IMG/VR virus record: IMGVR_UViG_3300037590_000130
Coordinates: 1 to 42,241 of that record
Length of the DNA: 42,241 nucleotides
Strand: one strand, 5' to 3'
Source: a virus
Lineage: Duplodnaviria > Caudoviricetes
Each line of letters begins with the position of its first letter. The stretch's first letter is position 1. The notes below the pieces were generated by a model. The model was given only the letters and a program-made list of their open reading frames with translations. It was not told the DNA's origin and ran no database searches. Of the stretch, positions 17,939 to 26,862 are shown one piece after another. A program made the position numbers and the translations under genes.

Positions 17939-18553
17939 TCAGTGTAGCCGTTTGCGACGGCTGCGCTCGAAGGCCTCAAGGGCGGCCTTTCGTTTCACCG
18001 CGATCTCGCGGATGCTTTCGGCGATCTGCTCCGCGCCGAAATCCACAGGGTTGAAGGGGCCACCATACCAGCGCACCAGATCTTTGCGCTGCGGATGGCG
18101 TGTTTTCGCCATGGCTTCAACGAAGTCCATGAACCCGGGAGGACCACCCACATCTTCAGGTGGGGCTGTGCGCTCGCCATCGATAAAGAGGGGATAGTCG
18201 GTGCCGGCCGTTGCTTCGATGACCTCCTCGAGAATGACGCGGTGCTGCCAGTCATCGCCAAAATCGTAGGTGTAAAGAAGTTCGGTCACACCACGGTCCA
18301 CAAGTGTGCCGAGGCGCATGCCCTTGGCCTGATAGATCTTGCGGCCCCAGACCGCATCCTCGGGATCGGGTTCGCCATAGACACGTTCGCCCACGGCAAA
18401 CTGATAAAGATGGTAGTTCTCCCAGGGCATGACCGCCTGAATGATCTCGTGCAGTGCGCGAAGATTGGTCGTCAGGCTGACGTCAACGCGCCGCCAGATG
18501 AGCGGAGCGATATGTTCGAGTTCAATCCTGATACGGGCGATCTTGGTGGACAT
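17939..18553 (-). CDS. Plasmid pRiA4b ORF-3 family protein (moron)
   Basis: IWRRVDV...LHEIIQAVMPWENYHLYQF, YTYDFGDDWQH, PPEDVGGPPG; antisense between terL and gpW. Confidence 0.88.
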   Translation of the reverse strand: MSTKIARIRIELEHIAPLIWRRVDVSLTTNLRALHEIIQAVMPWENYHLYQFAVGERVYGEPDPEDAVWGRKIYQAKGMRLGTLVDRGVTELLYTYDFGDDWQHRVILEEVIEATAGTDYPLFIDGERTAPPEDVGGPPGFMDFVEAMAKTRHPQRKDLVRWYGGPFNPVDFGAEQIAESIREIAVKRKAALEAFERSRRKRLH

Positions 18554-18600
18554 GACGCGGCCTAGCGGTGGTTTTGTGTCGAACTTACGAGGTGATGGCG

Positions 18601-18816
18601 ATGGCCACAATCACGGACCTACGCGCCCGCCGGGAAGCGCTCTCTTCACAACGATCCTCTGGCGTCGCCCGTGTCAGCTATGACGGCAAAACGGTCGACT
18701 ATCGCTCCGTCGCTGAGATCGACCGTGCCATTGAGGCCCTAGACCGCGAAATCGCTTCTGCCGAGGGTCGTCGCATGGTCCGGCAGGTCCGCATAACGAC
18801 GGCCAAAGGTCTCTGA
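18601..18816 (+). CDS. gpW-like head-tail joining protein
   Basis: GVARVSYDGKTVDYRSVAEI; position before portal; SD GAGGTG. Confidence 0.85.
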   Translation: MATITDLRARREALSSQRSSGVARVSYDGKTVDYRSVAEIDRAIEALDREIASAEGRRMVRQVRITTAKGL

Positions 18817-18820
18817 TCAG

Positions 18821-20329
18821 ATGGCACTCTTCGATCTCTTCCGCCGCCCCAAGCTGGGCGGCTCTGACGCCATGCGCGCGCGGCTTGAGGGGGCGATGGC
18901 CAAACGCCGCTTGCGCGGCTGGAACCCGCCGCTCGAGAACATCAACGCGCTGGTTGCCTCTGGCGGCCCGCGATTATTAGCTCGGTCCCGTGAGTTGGTG
19001 GTGACCAACGGCTACGCTGCCAATGCCTGCGAAGCCTTCGCAGCCAACCTCGTCGGCGATGGGATCAAACCGTCTTCGCTCATTACGGATGCGGCACTGC
19101 GCGACCAGGTCCAGAAGCTCTGGCTGGCCTGGACGGATGAGGCGGATGCCGATGGTCTGACCGACTTCTACGGCCTGCAGGCCATGGTCGCGCGTGAGAT
19201 GTTTGTCGCCGGCGAGTGCTTTGTGCGCTTGCGCCCGCGTCGCGCGGAAGACGGGCTGCTGGTGCCGCTACAGTTGCAGCTTCTGCAATCCGAGATGCTG
19301 CCCTTCGAGAAAACCGAAACGGATCCGAACGGCAATCGAATCCGATGCGGGATCGAATTCGACCTGATTGGGCGGCGCGTGGCCTATCACTTCCGCCGCC
19401 GTCATCCGGGCGACAGCACGGATCAGCGGGTAGTGGCGCCGGACACGGTGCGGGTGCCTGCCGAGGAGGTGCTGCACATCTACAGGCCCATCGACGCCGG
19501 TCAGATCCGTGGCCTGCCTCATGTGGCACCGGCCATGGTGCGGTTGTTCCTCTTGGACCAATACGATGACGCTGAACTCGATCGCAAAAAGACGGCGGCG
19601 ATGTTCGCGGGCTTCATCACCAAGACGGCCCCAGAAGACCCGATGATGGGCGAAGGCGAGGCCGACCTTGACGGTGCCGCGATCGCCAGCCTCGAGCCGG
19701 GCACCATGCAGGTGCTGCTGCCGGGTGAGGATGTGAAATTCTCCAGCCCCGCTGATGTCGGTGGCGGTTATGAGGCCTTTCAATATCGCACGCTCTTAGC
19801 GGTCTCGGCCTCGCTGGGGCTGCCATACCACCTTGTCACCGGCGATGTTCGGCAGGCGAACTATTCGAGTCTGCGGGCTGAGCTTGTCGAGTTCCGCCGC
19901 CGCATTGGCCAGCTTCAGCATGGGGTCATGGCGCACCAGCTTTGCCGCCCCATCTGGCGGCGCTGGCTGGAAACGGCCGTGCTCTCGGGCGCCTTGGTTG
20001 CAGATCCTGTCACGGCCCGGCCGGTGCAATGGATCCCGCCACGGTGGGATTGGGTCGATCCGCTCAAAGACATCCAGGCGCAGGTGCTGGCTATGGAAGC
20101 GGGCCTGACCTCCCGGCGCAAGGTGGTCGAGGCCACCGGCTATGACATCGAAGAGGTTGACCGTGAAAACGCATCCGACGCGAAACGGGCAGCCGATCTG
20201 GGCCTGACCTATCGCGCCAGCCCCGGCGAAACCCAGGGGGCAAGGGCAACGCCCGTCCAATTGCCCGATCCAAATTCGAGTGACGGACCGTCCGACAATA
20301 ACTCGGGCACCGACCTACAACAGGAGTAA
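18821..20329 (+). CDS. Portal protein, lambda family
   Basis: RSRELV.NGYA, GQIRGLP, GDVRQANYSSLR, WVDPLKD. Confidence 0.95.
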   Translation: MALFDLFRRPKLGGSDAMRARLEGAMAKRRLRGWNPPLENINALVASGGPRLLARSRELVVTNGYAANACEAFAANLVGDGIKPSSLITDAALRDQVQKLWLAWTDEADADGLTDFYGLQAMVAREMFVAGECFVRLRPRRAEDGLLVPLQLQLLQSEMLPFEKTETDPNGNRIRCGIEFDLIGRRVAYHFRRRHPGDSTDQRVVAPDTVRVPAEEVLHIYRPIDAGQIRGLPHVAPAMVRLFLLDQYDDAELDRKKTAAMFAGFITKTAPEDPMMGEGEADLDGAAIASLEPGTMQVLLPGEDVKFSSPADVGGGYEAFQYRTLLAVSASLGLPYHLVTGDVRQANYSSLRAELVEFRRRIGQLQHGVMAHQLCRPIWRRWLETAVLSGALVADPVTARPVQWIPPRWDWVDPLKDIQAQVLAMEAGLTSRRKVVEATGYDIEEVDRENASDAKRAADLGLTYRASPGETQGARATPVQLPDPNSSDGPSDNNSGTDLQQE

Positions 20330-20333
20330 CCCC

Positions 20334-21314
20334 ATGAAATCCTGGTACACGATCCGTGCCCGCACCTCGGGCACGGAAGTGCTGATCTATGACGAAATCG
20401 GCGCCTATGGCGTCACAGCAAAGGGGTTCCTCGCGGAACTCGGTGCGCTGCCCGACGATGCGGCGATTGATCTGCGTCTCAACAGCCCCGGCGGCTCGGT
20501 CTTTGACGCGGTCGCCATTTACAACGCGTTGAAGCGGCACCCGGGCGAGATCACCGTCTGGATCGATGGCATCGCGGCCTCGGCGGCAAGCTACATCGCC
20601 ATGGCGGGTGACACCATCGTCATGCCGGAAAACGCCTTCCTGATGATCCACGATCCCTCGGGGCTGGTCATGGGCACGGCCGAGGACATGCGCGCCACGG
20701 CTGAGGCGCTCGACAAGGTCAAAGGCAGCCTGATCCAGGGCTATGCCGCGAAATCAGGCAAACCTGACGACGAGATCGCCGCCCTGATGGCGGAAGAGAC
20801 CTGGCTCGATGCCCAGGAAGCGCTGGATATTGGCTTCATCGACCGCATCGGCGAGCCGGTAAAACTCGCCGCCTCCTTTGATGCTGCGCGCTTTCGCAAC
20901 GCTCCGCCGGAAGTGGTCGAGGCAGCCAGTGAACCCGATGAACCTGTCGCGACCGAGCTGCAGATCGAGGGTGTTGAAGACGCCGACACCCTACCTGACT
21001 CCGAACATCCGGCTGCGGAGGCGCCAACCATGGCCGCATGTGAGACCACTAATGCCGACACCGCGACCGTTCGCGCCGAGGCCATCGCCCATGCGCGCGC
21101 CGTGATCGATCTCTGCAGGCTCGCGGGCCAGCCACAGATGGCGGGCCGGTTCCTCCAGGAGGACGTGGGGCTCGACGAGATCCGCAACCGTCTTCTCGCG
21201 GCAAAGGCCGAAGCCGCTCCCGACATCACTGCTGCCCATGCCCAGCCCGGGCGTGCAGCCACCACCCAATCCTGGGGCGATGTGATCGCCCGCACCTTCA
21301 AGACGAAAGGATAA
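20334..21314 (+). CDS. ClpP-like head maturation protease/scaffold
   Basis: LNSPGGSVFD, AASAASYI, MIHDP, ETWLDAQEA. Confidence 0.93.
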   Translation: MKSWYTIRARTSGTEVLIYDEIGAYGVTAKGFLAELGALPDDAAIDLRLNSPGGSVFDAVAIYNALKRHPGEITVWIDGIAASAASYIAMAGDTIVMPENAFLMIHDPSGLVMGTAEDMRATAEALDKVKGSLIQGYAAKSGKPDDEIAALMAEETWLDAQEALDIGFIDRIGEPVKLAASFDAARFRNAPPEVVEAASEPDEPVATELQIEGVEDADTLPDSEHPAAEAPTMAACETTNADTATVRAEAIAHARAVIDLCRLAGQPQMAGRFLQEDVGLDEIRNRLLAAKAEAAPDITAAHAQPGRAATTQSWGDVIARTFKTKG

Positions 21315-21320
21315 GCGTCC

Positions 21321-21692
21321 ATGACCACGCTCACTGAAGGCAAACACGCGGGCGGCTTCCTCGTCTGGGAAGTCCTCCGCGATTACACCCGCGAAACCGT
21401 CACCATCGCGTCCGGGGCTGGAAAACTCGAGCCCGGTACGGTGCTCGGCAAGATCACCACGGGTGGGAAATACACCGGGCTCGCGCCTGCAGCCACGAAC
21501 GGCAGTCAGACTGCGGCCGGCATTCTCTGGGCCGGGGTCGATGCCTCGGCGGCCGAAGCCCCCGGCGTCGTGGTCCTGCGCGGCCCCGCCATCGTTAATC
21601 GCCACGAGCTCGTCTGGCCTGATGGCGCGACCGAGGCCCAGATCACCGCTGCCACCACGGCTTTGGCCGCTCTCAGCATCATCCTGCGCTGA
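21321..21692 (+). CDS. Head decoration protein (gpD-like)
   Basis: GTVLGKIT...AAGIL; lies between protease and capsid. Confidence 0.85.
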   Translation: MTTLTEGKHAGGFLVWEVLRDYTRETVTIASGAGKLEPGTVLGKITTGGKYTGLAPAATNGSQTAAGILWAGVDASAAEAPGVVVLRGPAIVNRHELVWPDGATEAQITAATTALAALSIILR

Positions 21693-21718
21693 GCCCTCTG
21701 ACATAAGGATTCCCAAAC

Positions 21719-22732
21719 ATGGCAACCATGGACATCTTCGAGGGCGACGCCTTCAGCATCATCGAGCTCACCCGGGCTCTGGAAAACATCCCCTTCAAAC
21801 CGGCAATCCTGTCTGGCTCCGGCCTCTTTGGCTCGCGCGGCGTGCGCCAGCGCACCGTGATGATCGAAAGCCGCGATGGCACGCTGTCGCTGATCCCGTT
21901 CTCGGAGCGGGGCTCTGCCTATGAGCAGCAGGTGCCCGAACGGCGCGACATGCGCGCTTTCGTGTGCCGCCAGTTCAAGAAGCAGGACGTACTTTGGGCT
22001 TCAGAAGTCCAGGCCATCCGCGATTTCGGCTCTGAAACTGCGACCCAGCAGGTGCAGACCGAAGTGGCCCGCAAGATGGCGCGGCTTCGCAACGACGCGG
22101 AAGCGACCTTCGAATTCCACCTCTTCAATGGGATCCAAGGGGTGGTGAAGGACCCGAAGGATGGGGCCACGGTGATCAACTACTACACTGAGTTCGGCAT
22201 CACCCCGGCGGCCGAGGTCGATTTTGATCTCGACAACGCGAGCCCGGCTTCGGGGGCGCTCAGGAAGCGCTGCCAGGCGCTGATTGAAAGCGTTGAGGAC
22301 AGCCTTGGCGGGCTTGCTGCCGGTCAGGTGCAGTTGCGCGCCGAATGCGGCTCGGCCTTCTTTGCCGACCTCGTGGCACACAAGGAGGTCCGCGAGACCT
22401 ATCTCAACACCGCGGCTGCCGCCGATCTGCGCGGCCGCGTGGGCGAAGAGGTCAGCTTTGGCGGCATCACCTTCCGCCGCTATCGGGGCGGGCTTGGCTT
22501 TGGCGTGCCGACTGACAAGGCGTACTTCTATCCCGAGGGTGTCGAAGGACTGTTCGAGATCTACTACGCCCCCGCCGATACGTTCGAGACGGTGAACACG
22601 CTGGGTCTGCCGCTCTATGCCCGCATGATCCCCGACCGCGACCGGGACGAGTGGGTGCGTCTCGAGATCGAAAGCAACCCGCTGCCGATCTGCACACGGC
22701 CGCAGGTGCTGCGCTCGGCCAAGCGGACCTGA
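21719..22732 (+). CDS. Major capsid protein (lambda gpE family)
   Basis: 337 aa; FGGITF, YAPADTFETVNTLGLPLY, ESNPLPICTRP. Confidence 0.92.
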   Translation: MATMDIFEGDAFSIIELTRALENIPFKPAILSGSGLFGSRGVRQRTVMIESRDGTLSLIPFSERGSAYEQQVPERRDMRAFVCRQFKKQDVLWASEVQAIRDFGSETATQQVQTEVARKMARLRNDAEATFEFHLFNGIQGVVKDPKDGATVINYYTEFGITPAAEVDFDLDNASPASGALRKRCQALIESVEDSLGGLAAGQVQLRAECGSAFFADLVAHKEVRETYLNTAAAADLRGRVGEEVSFGGITFRRYRGGLGFGVPTDKAYFYPEGVEGLFEIYYAPADTFETVNTLGLPLYARMIPDRDRDEWVRLEIESNPLPICTRPQVLRSAKRT

Positions 22733-23043
22733 TGAGCGCCTTCACTGACGCCCTCGGGGTGCTGTTCCTCGATGCCAATCTCTCGGTCGAGATCTGGCAT
22801 CGGGACAGCGAAGGGCAGTTTACGCGCGCCCGGGGCATCTTGCGCCGCCCCGATGAGATCACCGAGTTCGGATCGGCGCGGCTTATGTCAGACACCACTC
22901 GGATCGATGTTCGGGTGGTGGATATTCCAGACCCTCGACCTCAGGAGCAGATCCTGGTCGGGGACGAAACCTTTCTGATCCAGGGCGAGCCCCGCCGTGA
23001 CCGAGAGCGGCTGATCTGGACGATTGAGCTGACCCCCGCATGA
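22732..23043 (+). CDS. Head-tail joining protein (gpFII-like)
   Basis: TGATG coupling to the capsid gene; size and position. Confidence 0.7.
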   Translation: MSAFTDALGVLFLDANLSVEIWHRDSEGQFTRARGILRRPDEITEFGSARLMSDTTRIDVRVVDIPDPRPQEQILVGDETFLIQGEPRRDRERLIWTIELTPA

Positions 23044-23666
23044 GACTGGGCCTCGACATCGCACCAGACCTCGTTGCCGTGATGGCGGCCGAAATCAAGG
23101 CAGGCGAGAAGGCCGTCAGTGCGGCTATGCGGGAAGCTGGCACGGACCTGAAATCCGCTTGGCGTGGACAGATCAGGCAGGCGGGGCTTGGCCGGCGCCT
23201 CGCGAACTCGATCCGGAGCCAGACCTATCCCAAAGCGGGTGAAAGCTTGAAAGCCGCTGCGTTGGTCTGGTCGAAGGCCCCAGTTGTTGTCGGGGCACAC
23301 GACACGGGCCCGCTGATCCACTCGAAGGACGGCTTTTGGCTGGCCATCCCGACGGCGGCGGCAGGCAAAGGCCTGAAAGGCGGCCGCATCACACCTGGGG
23401 AATGGGAGCGGCGACGCGGACTGCGGCTGCGATTTGTTTATCGGCGCCGAGGACCGAGTCTCTTGGTGGCCGATGGGCGGTTGAACAGTCGGGGATTGGG
23501 TGTTGCCTCGCGGTCCAAGACGGGCCGTGGCAAGGCAACGGTGCCGATTTTTATTCTGGTGCCACAGGTGAAGCTCCCAAAACGGCTGGACCTCGCGCGG
23601 GATGCGGAGCGCGCGCAGGCGGCGGTGCCGGGGCTGATCGTGGCGAACTGGGTGAACGGGAGATAG
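23040..23666 (+). CDS. Neck/minor tail protein (DUF6441-like)
   Basis: Basic 208-aa protein between head-tail adaptor and tail terminator; ATGA overlap. Confidence 0.7.
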   Translation: MRLGLDIAPDLVAVMAAEIKAGEKAVSAAMREAGTDLKSAWRGQIRQAGLGRRLANSIRSQTYPKAGESLKAAALVWSKAPVVVGAHDTGPLIHSKDGFWLAIPTAAAGKGLKGGRITPGEWERRRGLRLRFVYRRRGPSLLVADGRLNSRGLGVASRSKTGRGKATVPIFILVPQVKLPKRLDLARDAERAQAAVPGLIVANWVNGR

Positions 23667-23752
23667 CCAGGCGTTCGTTGCATTGTAGACGTGAAGTTTG
23701 GAATCCATTATTCCATTGAGATAAAATGGCTTTTTCTTGATGGAAGCGAAGC

Positions 23753-24724
23753 ATGAATTTAAACGCTGGTTCTTCGGTTTGGCTGACAGGCTTTTGGGGC
23801 TTCGCGCCCGAAGAAGAAGGAATTCTCGGCTTCACTGATCCCAAGGACCGAGACCGTTTGTTCTCAATGATCGACGAACGCCAACTGGTCTGCATCTATG
23901 GCGCGGCGAGCCCTGAGACCGATAGCAAGATCGTTCACCATCTGCTGGGTGTGCTGGAGGTGGAGAGAACCGCAATCGATTCTTGGGACAAAATGTCCGA
24001 AGCGGCGAAGGAACGAAACATCCGTCTTGGGCGCCAGGACAAGTGGCGGAATGCCATGCCGGTGCGACGCGCCTGGCGGACATCACACACACTCGACGTC
24101 AAACAGGTCTTCCCAAAGAGTTATGATCCAAGCAATGGCCGGTACATTGCTCGTTTCGGAACTTGGCTGGTTCCGGAAGAAGCTCGCTGGCTTATGGAAA
24201 AGGTTCCGTTCGTTGAAACCAATGTCTATGGCGAGCCGCCTCTTCAAGTTCCAGAAGATGAAGCCCCGGTGGGTTCCATTGCCTCGTTACTGAAGCCTTC
24301 GAAGGGCATCTTTGGGGCTTTTGGTGACCGGTCTTATGAAACACTGGATAAGCCGCATGAATTGTATTTGGCACGTTTTCCCGATGGTGCTGACCTTCTG
24401 GCGGGGCGGCCAGTTCCCAGAGGCGTAGGGCTCGTGAAGATCGGGATAAGCGGAAACATAAAGAACCGCCTAAAGGCTTTGAACCTCAGTTTTCCCCAGA
24501 CATCGACCATTGGGTGGAAGATCATCCGAACCGCCAAATTTCCAAATCGGGCAACCGCCGGTGATGCCGAAACCGCCTTCAAATCGCGCGCGATTGAGGA
24601 TTTTGGCGCGACATCGTTGGGCAAGGAGTTCTTCGTAATGGACCTGAACAAGGCGGAATCCCTATTCAATTCCTTGTCGCCCGCTTCCGGTCTTGATCTT
24701 CGGGTTACGACAAAAAGGACATAG
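23753..24724 (+). CDS. Moron: unknown N-terminal domain + GIY-YIG/T5orf172-like nuclease
   Basis: LYLA...LVKIGISGNIKNRLKALN...AETAFK...KEFF; AT-richer DNA with own upstream spacer; interrupts neck genes. Confidence 0.7.
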   Translation: MNLNAGSSVWLTGFWGFAPEEEGILGFTDPKDRDRLFSMIDERQLVCIYGAASPETDSKIVHHLLGVLEVERTAIDSWDKMSEAAKERNIRLGRQDKWRNAMPVRRAWRTSHTLDVKQVFPKSYDPSNGRYIARFGTWLVPEEARWLMEKVPFVETNVYGEPPLQVPEDEAPVGSIASLLKPSKGIFGAFGDRSYETLDKPHELYLARFPDGADLLAGRPVPRGVGLVKIGISGNIKNRLKALNLSFPQTSTIGWKIIRTAKFPNRATAGDAETAFKSRAIEDFGATSLGKEFFVMDLNKAESLFNSLSPASGLDLRVTTKRT

Positions 24725-24734
24725 CGAGGCGTCA

Positions 24735-25154
24735 ATGCCCACCTCCCGCGAAACCATACTCGCCGCGCTGCACGCGCGGCTTTCGGTGCTGCCCGCCGCC
24801 GCGCTACGAGGCGAGGTACTGCCCGAGCGCGTCCCGGTCACCGGCCTGTTGATCTTGCGCGATGGCGAACCGGGAGAACCGGACGTCACCTTGTCGCCTT
24901 TGACCTACCATTACCAACACCGGGCTGAAATTGAGGCGGTCGTTCAAGGCCCTGACCGTGATGTCCACTTCGACACGTTGACAGCCAGCATCGGCACGGC
25001 GCTCGCCGTCGATCGCACGCTCGGCGGGCTCTGCGATTGGGTCGAGGCGGAGGCGCCGCAGGCTGTAGATCTGCCTGTCGAGGGTGCGGCCAGCCTGAAA
25101 GCCGCCGTGATCCCGGTAATGCTGCACTATTCCACGGCCGACCCGCTGGCCTGA
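24735..25154 (+). CDS. Tail terminator protein (gpU-like)
   Basis: MPTSRETILAALHARL...ends YSTADPLA; directly before the tail tube gene. Confidence 0.75.
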   Translation: MPTSRETILAALHARLSVLPAAALRGEVLPERVPVTGLLILRDGEPGEPDVTLSPLTYHYQHRAEIEAVVQGPDRDVHFDTLTASIGTALAVDRTLGGLCDWVEAEAPQAVDLPVEGAASLKAAVIPVMLHYSTADPLA

Positions 25155-25178
25155 CCCCGACAACCCGAGGAGAACAAC

Positions 25179-26117
25179 ATGGCACGAGCCCAAGGGGCGC
25201 GAGCGCAGATGGCGCTTGCGTTCGAGACGACCTATGGCATGCCGCCAGTGAGCGGCTTCACCAAGATGCCATTCGCCAGCACGACGCTAGGGGCCGAGCA
25301 ACCGCTGCAGACATCGGAGCTTCTGGGCTATGGCCGCGATCCGCAGGCCCCGATCAAGGACGCGGTGACGGCAGACGGCGACGTGGTTATTCCGATCGAT
25401 GCTGAAGCCTTCGGCTTCTGGCTCAAGGCCGCCTTCGGCACCCCGACGACCACTGGTGCAGGGCCCTACACCCACGAGTTCCGCTCTGGAAACTGGGCCC
25501 TGCCGTCGTTCTCGGTCGAGACCGGAATGCCTGAGGTGCCGCGCTTTGCCATGTATTCCGGCTGCATGGTCGACAGCATCAACTGGCAGATGGCGCGGTC
25601 TGGGTTGCTGACCGCGACGGCCAGCATCGTAGCCCAAGGCGAAGCGATCGCCACGAGCACCGCGGTGGGCACGCCAGCCAACATCGCGCTGAAACGCTTT
25701 GGCCATTTCAACGGGGCGATCACTCGGAATGGAGCCAATATTGGAAACGTTGTCTCTGCCGACCTTACCTATGCCAACAACCTCGACCGGATTGAGACGA
25801 TCCGGGCCGACGGAAAGATCGATGGCGCGGACCCGTCCATCGCGGCGCTCACCGGCAATGTCGTGGTACGCTTTGCCGATCAGACGCTGGTGACCCAAGC
25901 GATCAATGGCGAGGCCTGCGAGTTGGAGTTCTCCTATACCCTGCCCACCGGCGAGACCCTGACCCTGACATCACATGCCGTCTATTTGCCTCGTCCCCGT
26001 ATCGAAATCTCTGGCCCGCAAGGCGTGCAGGCGACCTTCGATTGGCAGGCGGCCAGCGATCCCGTCGCGGGCCGGATGTGCACCGTCACGCTCACCAATG
26101 ACCGCGAGGATTACTGA
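25179..26117 (+). CDS. Tail tube (major tail) protein
   Basis: 312 aa, beta-rich, followed by chaperones and tape measure; SD GAGGAG. Confidence 0.85.
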   Translation: MARAQGARAQMALAFETTYGMPPVSGFTKMPFASTTLGAEQPLQTSELLGYGRDPQAPIKDAVTADGDVVIPIDAEAFGFWLKAAFGTPTTTGAGPYTHEFRSGNWALPSFSVETGMPEVPRFAMYSGCMVDSINWQMARSGLLTATASIVAQGEAIATSTAVGTPANIALKRFGHFNGAITRNGANIGNVVSADLTYANNLDRIETIRADGKIDGADPSIAALTGNVVVRFADQTLVTQAINGEACELEFSYTLPTGETLTLTSHAVYLPRPRIEISGPQGVQATFDWQAASDPVAGRMCTVTLTNDREDY

Positions 26118-26119
26118 CC

Positions 26120-26482
26120 ATGCTGCGCCTGAACCTCTCAACTGAGCCCCGTTGGCTCGACCTCGGTCATGGTGTCCGCCTGCTGGTGGAGCCGCTGACC
26201 ACGGCCATCATGCTGGCCGCGCGCAGCGATCCGGCGATTGTCGCCGCGGTGGCAGAGGCTGAAAGCACGTCATCCAACGACGATCTCGCGCGCATTGTGG
26301 CGAAGGCCGTGGCGCGCATCGTGGTAAAGGACTGGGAGGGCGTCGGCGACGAGGACGGCGAGCAGCTAGCCCTGACGCCCGAGGGCATTGACGCCCTGCT
26401 GGAGCTTTGGCCGATATTCGAGGCCTTCCAGACCAAATACATCGCCGGCGCGCTGATACTGGACGCAGAAAAAAACGCCTAA
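26120..26482 (+). CDS. Tail assembly chaperone (gpG-like)
   Basis: DWEGVGDEDG motif; ends EKNA over slippery A-AAA-AAC. Confidence 0.85.
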   Translation: MLRLNLSTEPRWLDLGHGVRLLVEPLTTAIMLAARSDPAIVAAVAEAESTSSNDDLARIVAKAVARIVVKDWEGVGDEDGEQLALTPEGIDALLELWPIFEAFQTKYIAGALILDAEKNA

Positions 26483-26814
26483 CCGCTCTTGCCGACTGGG
26501 AGTTCGGCGGGGGCGGTGAGTATTGCGCAGCTTGTTCGTCTACGTGCGCGGAATGCCCACGCACTCTCCATCATCCCATGACCCTCGAGGGCTGGCAGGT
26601 CTGGGACCTGGTTCAACGCCTCGGCGGTCAGCTTCGGATTGCCGGCGGGATGAGCGGCGGTGCCGTTCTTGGCTGGGACATGACCGCCGCTCTGCAACTC
26701 GGTGCGGCCCTCGGGCTTTCGCCCCACATCCTCGCGGAACTCCTGCCGCCCATTGAGGCGGTGATGGTGCGCAAGATCAACGAAACCCTGCAGGCCGGAT
26801 CAGGTCTGACCTGA
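26470..26814 (+). CDS. gpT-like C-terminal extension made by programmed -1 frameshift
   Basis: A_AAA_AAC at 26470-26476; the -1 frame (ORF 26407..26814) is open to 26814. Confidence 0.75.
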   Translation, partial: KKRLTALADWEFGGGGEYCAACSSTCAECPRTLHHPMTLEGWQVWDLVQRLGGQLRIAGGMSGGAVLGWDMTAALQLGAALGLSPHILAELLPPIEAVMVRKINETLQAGSGLT

Positions 26815-26862
26815 CCTCGTTTCCATTGGGAACGAGGTGTGCCCCACCAAGGAAATGTTCCA

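Noticed and set aside
26814-26838. Hairpin ACCTCGTT/AACGAGGT before the tape measure gene as a terminator
   Set aside because: No T tract; could be a processing or stability element but is unsupported
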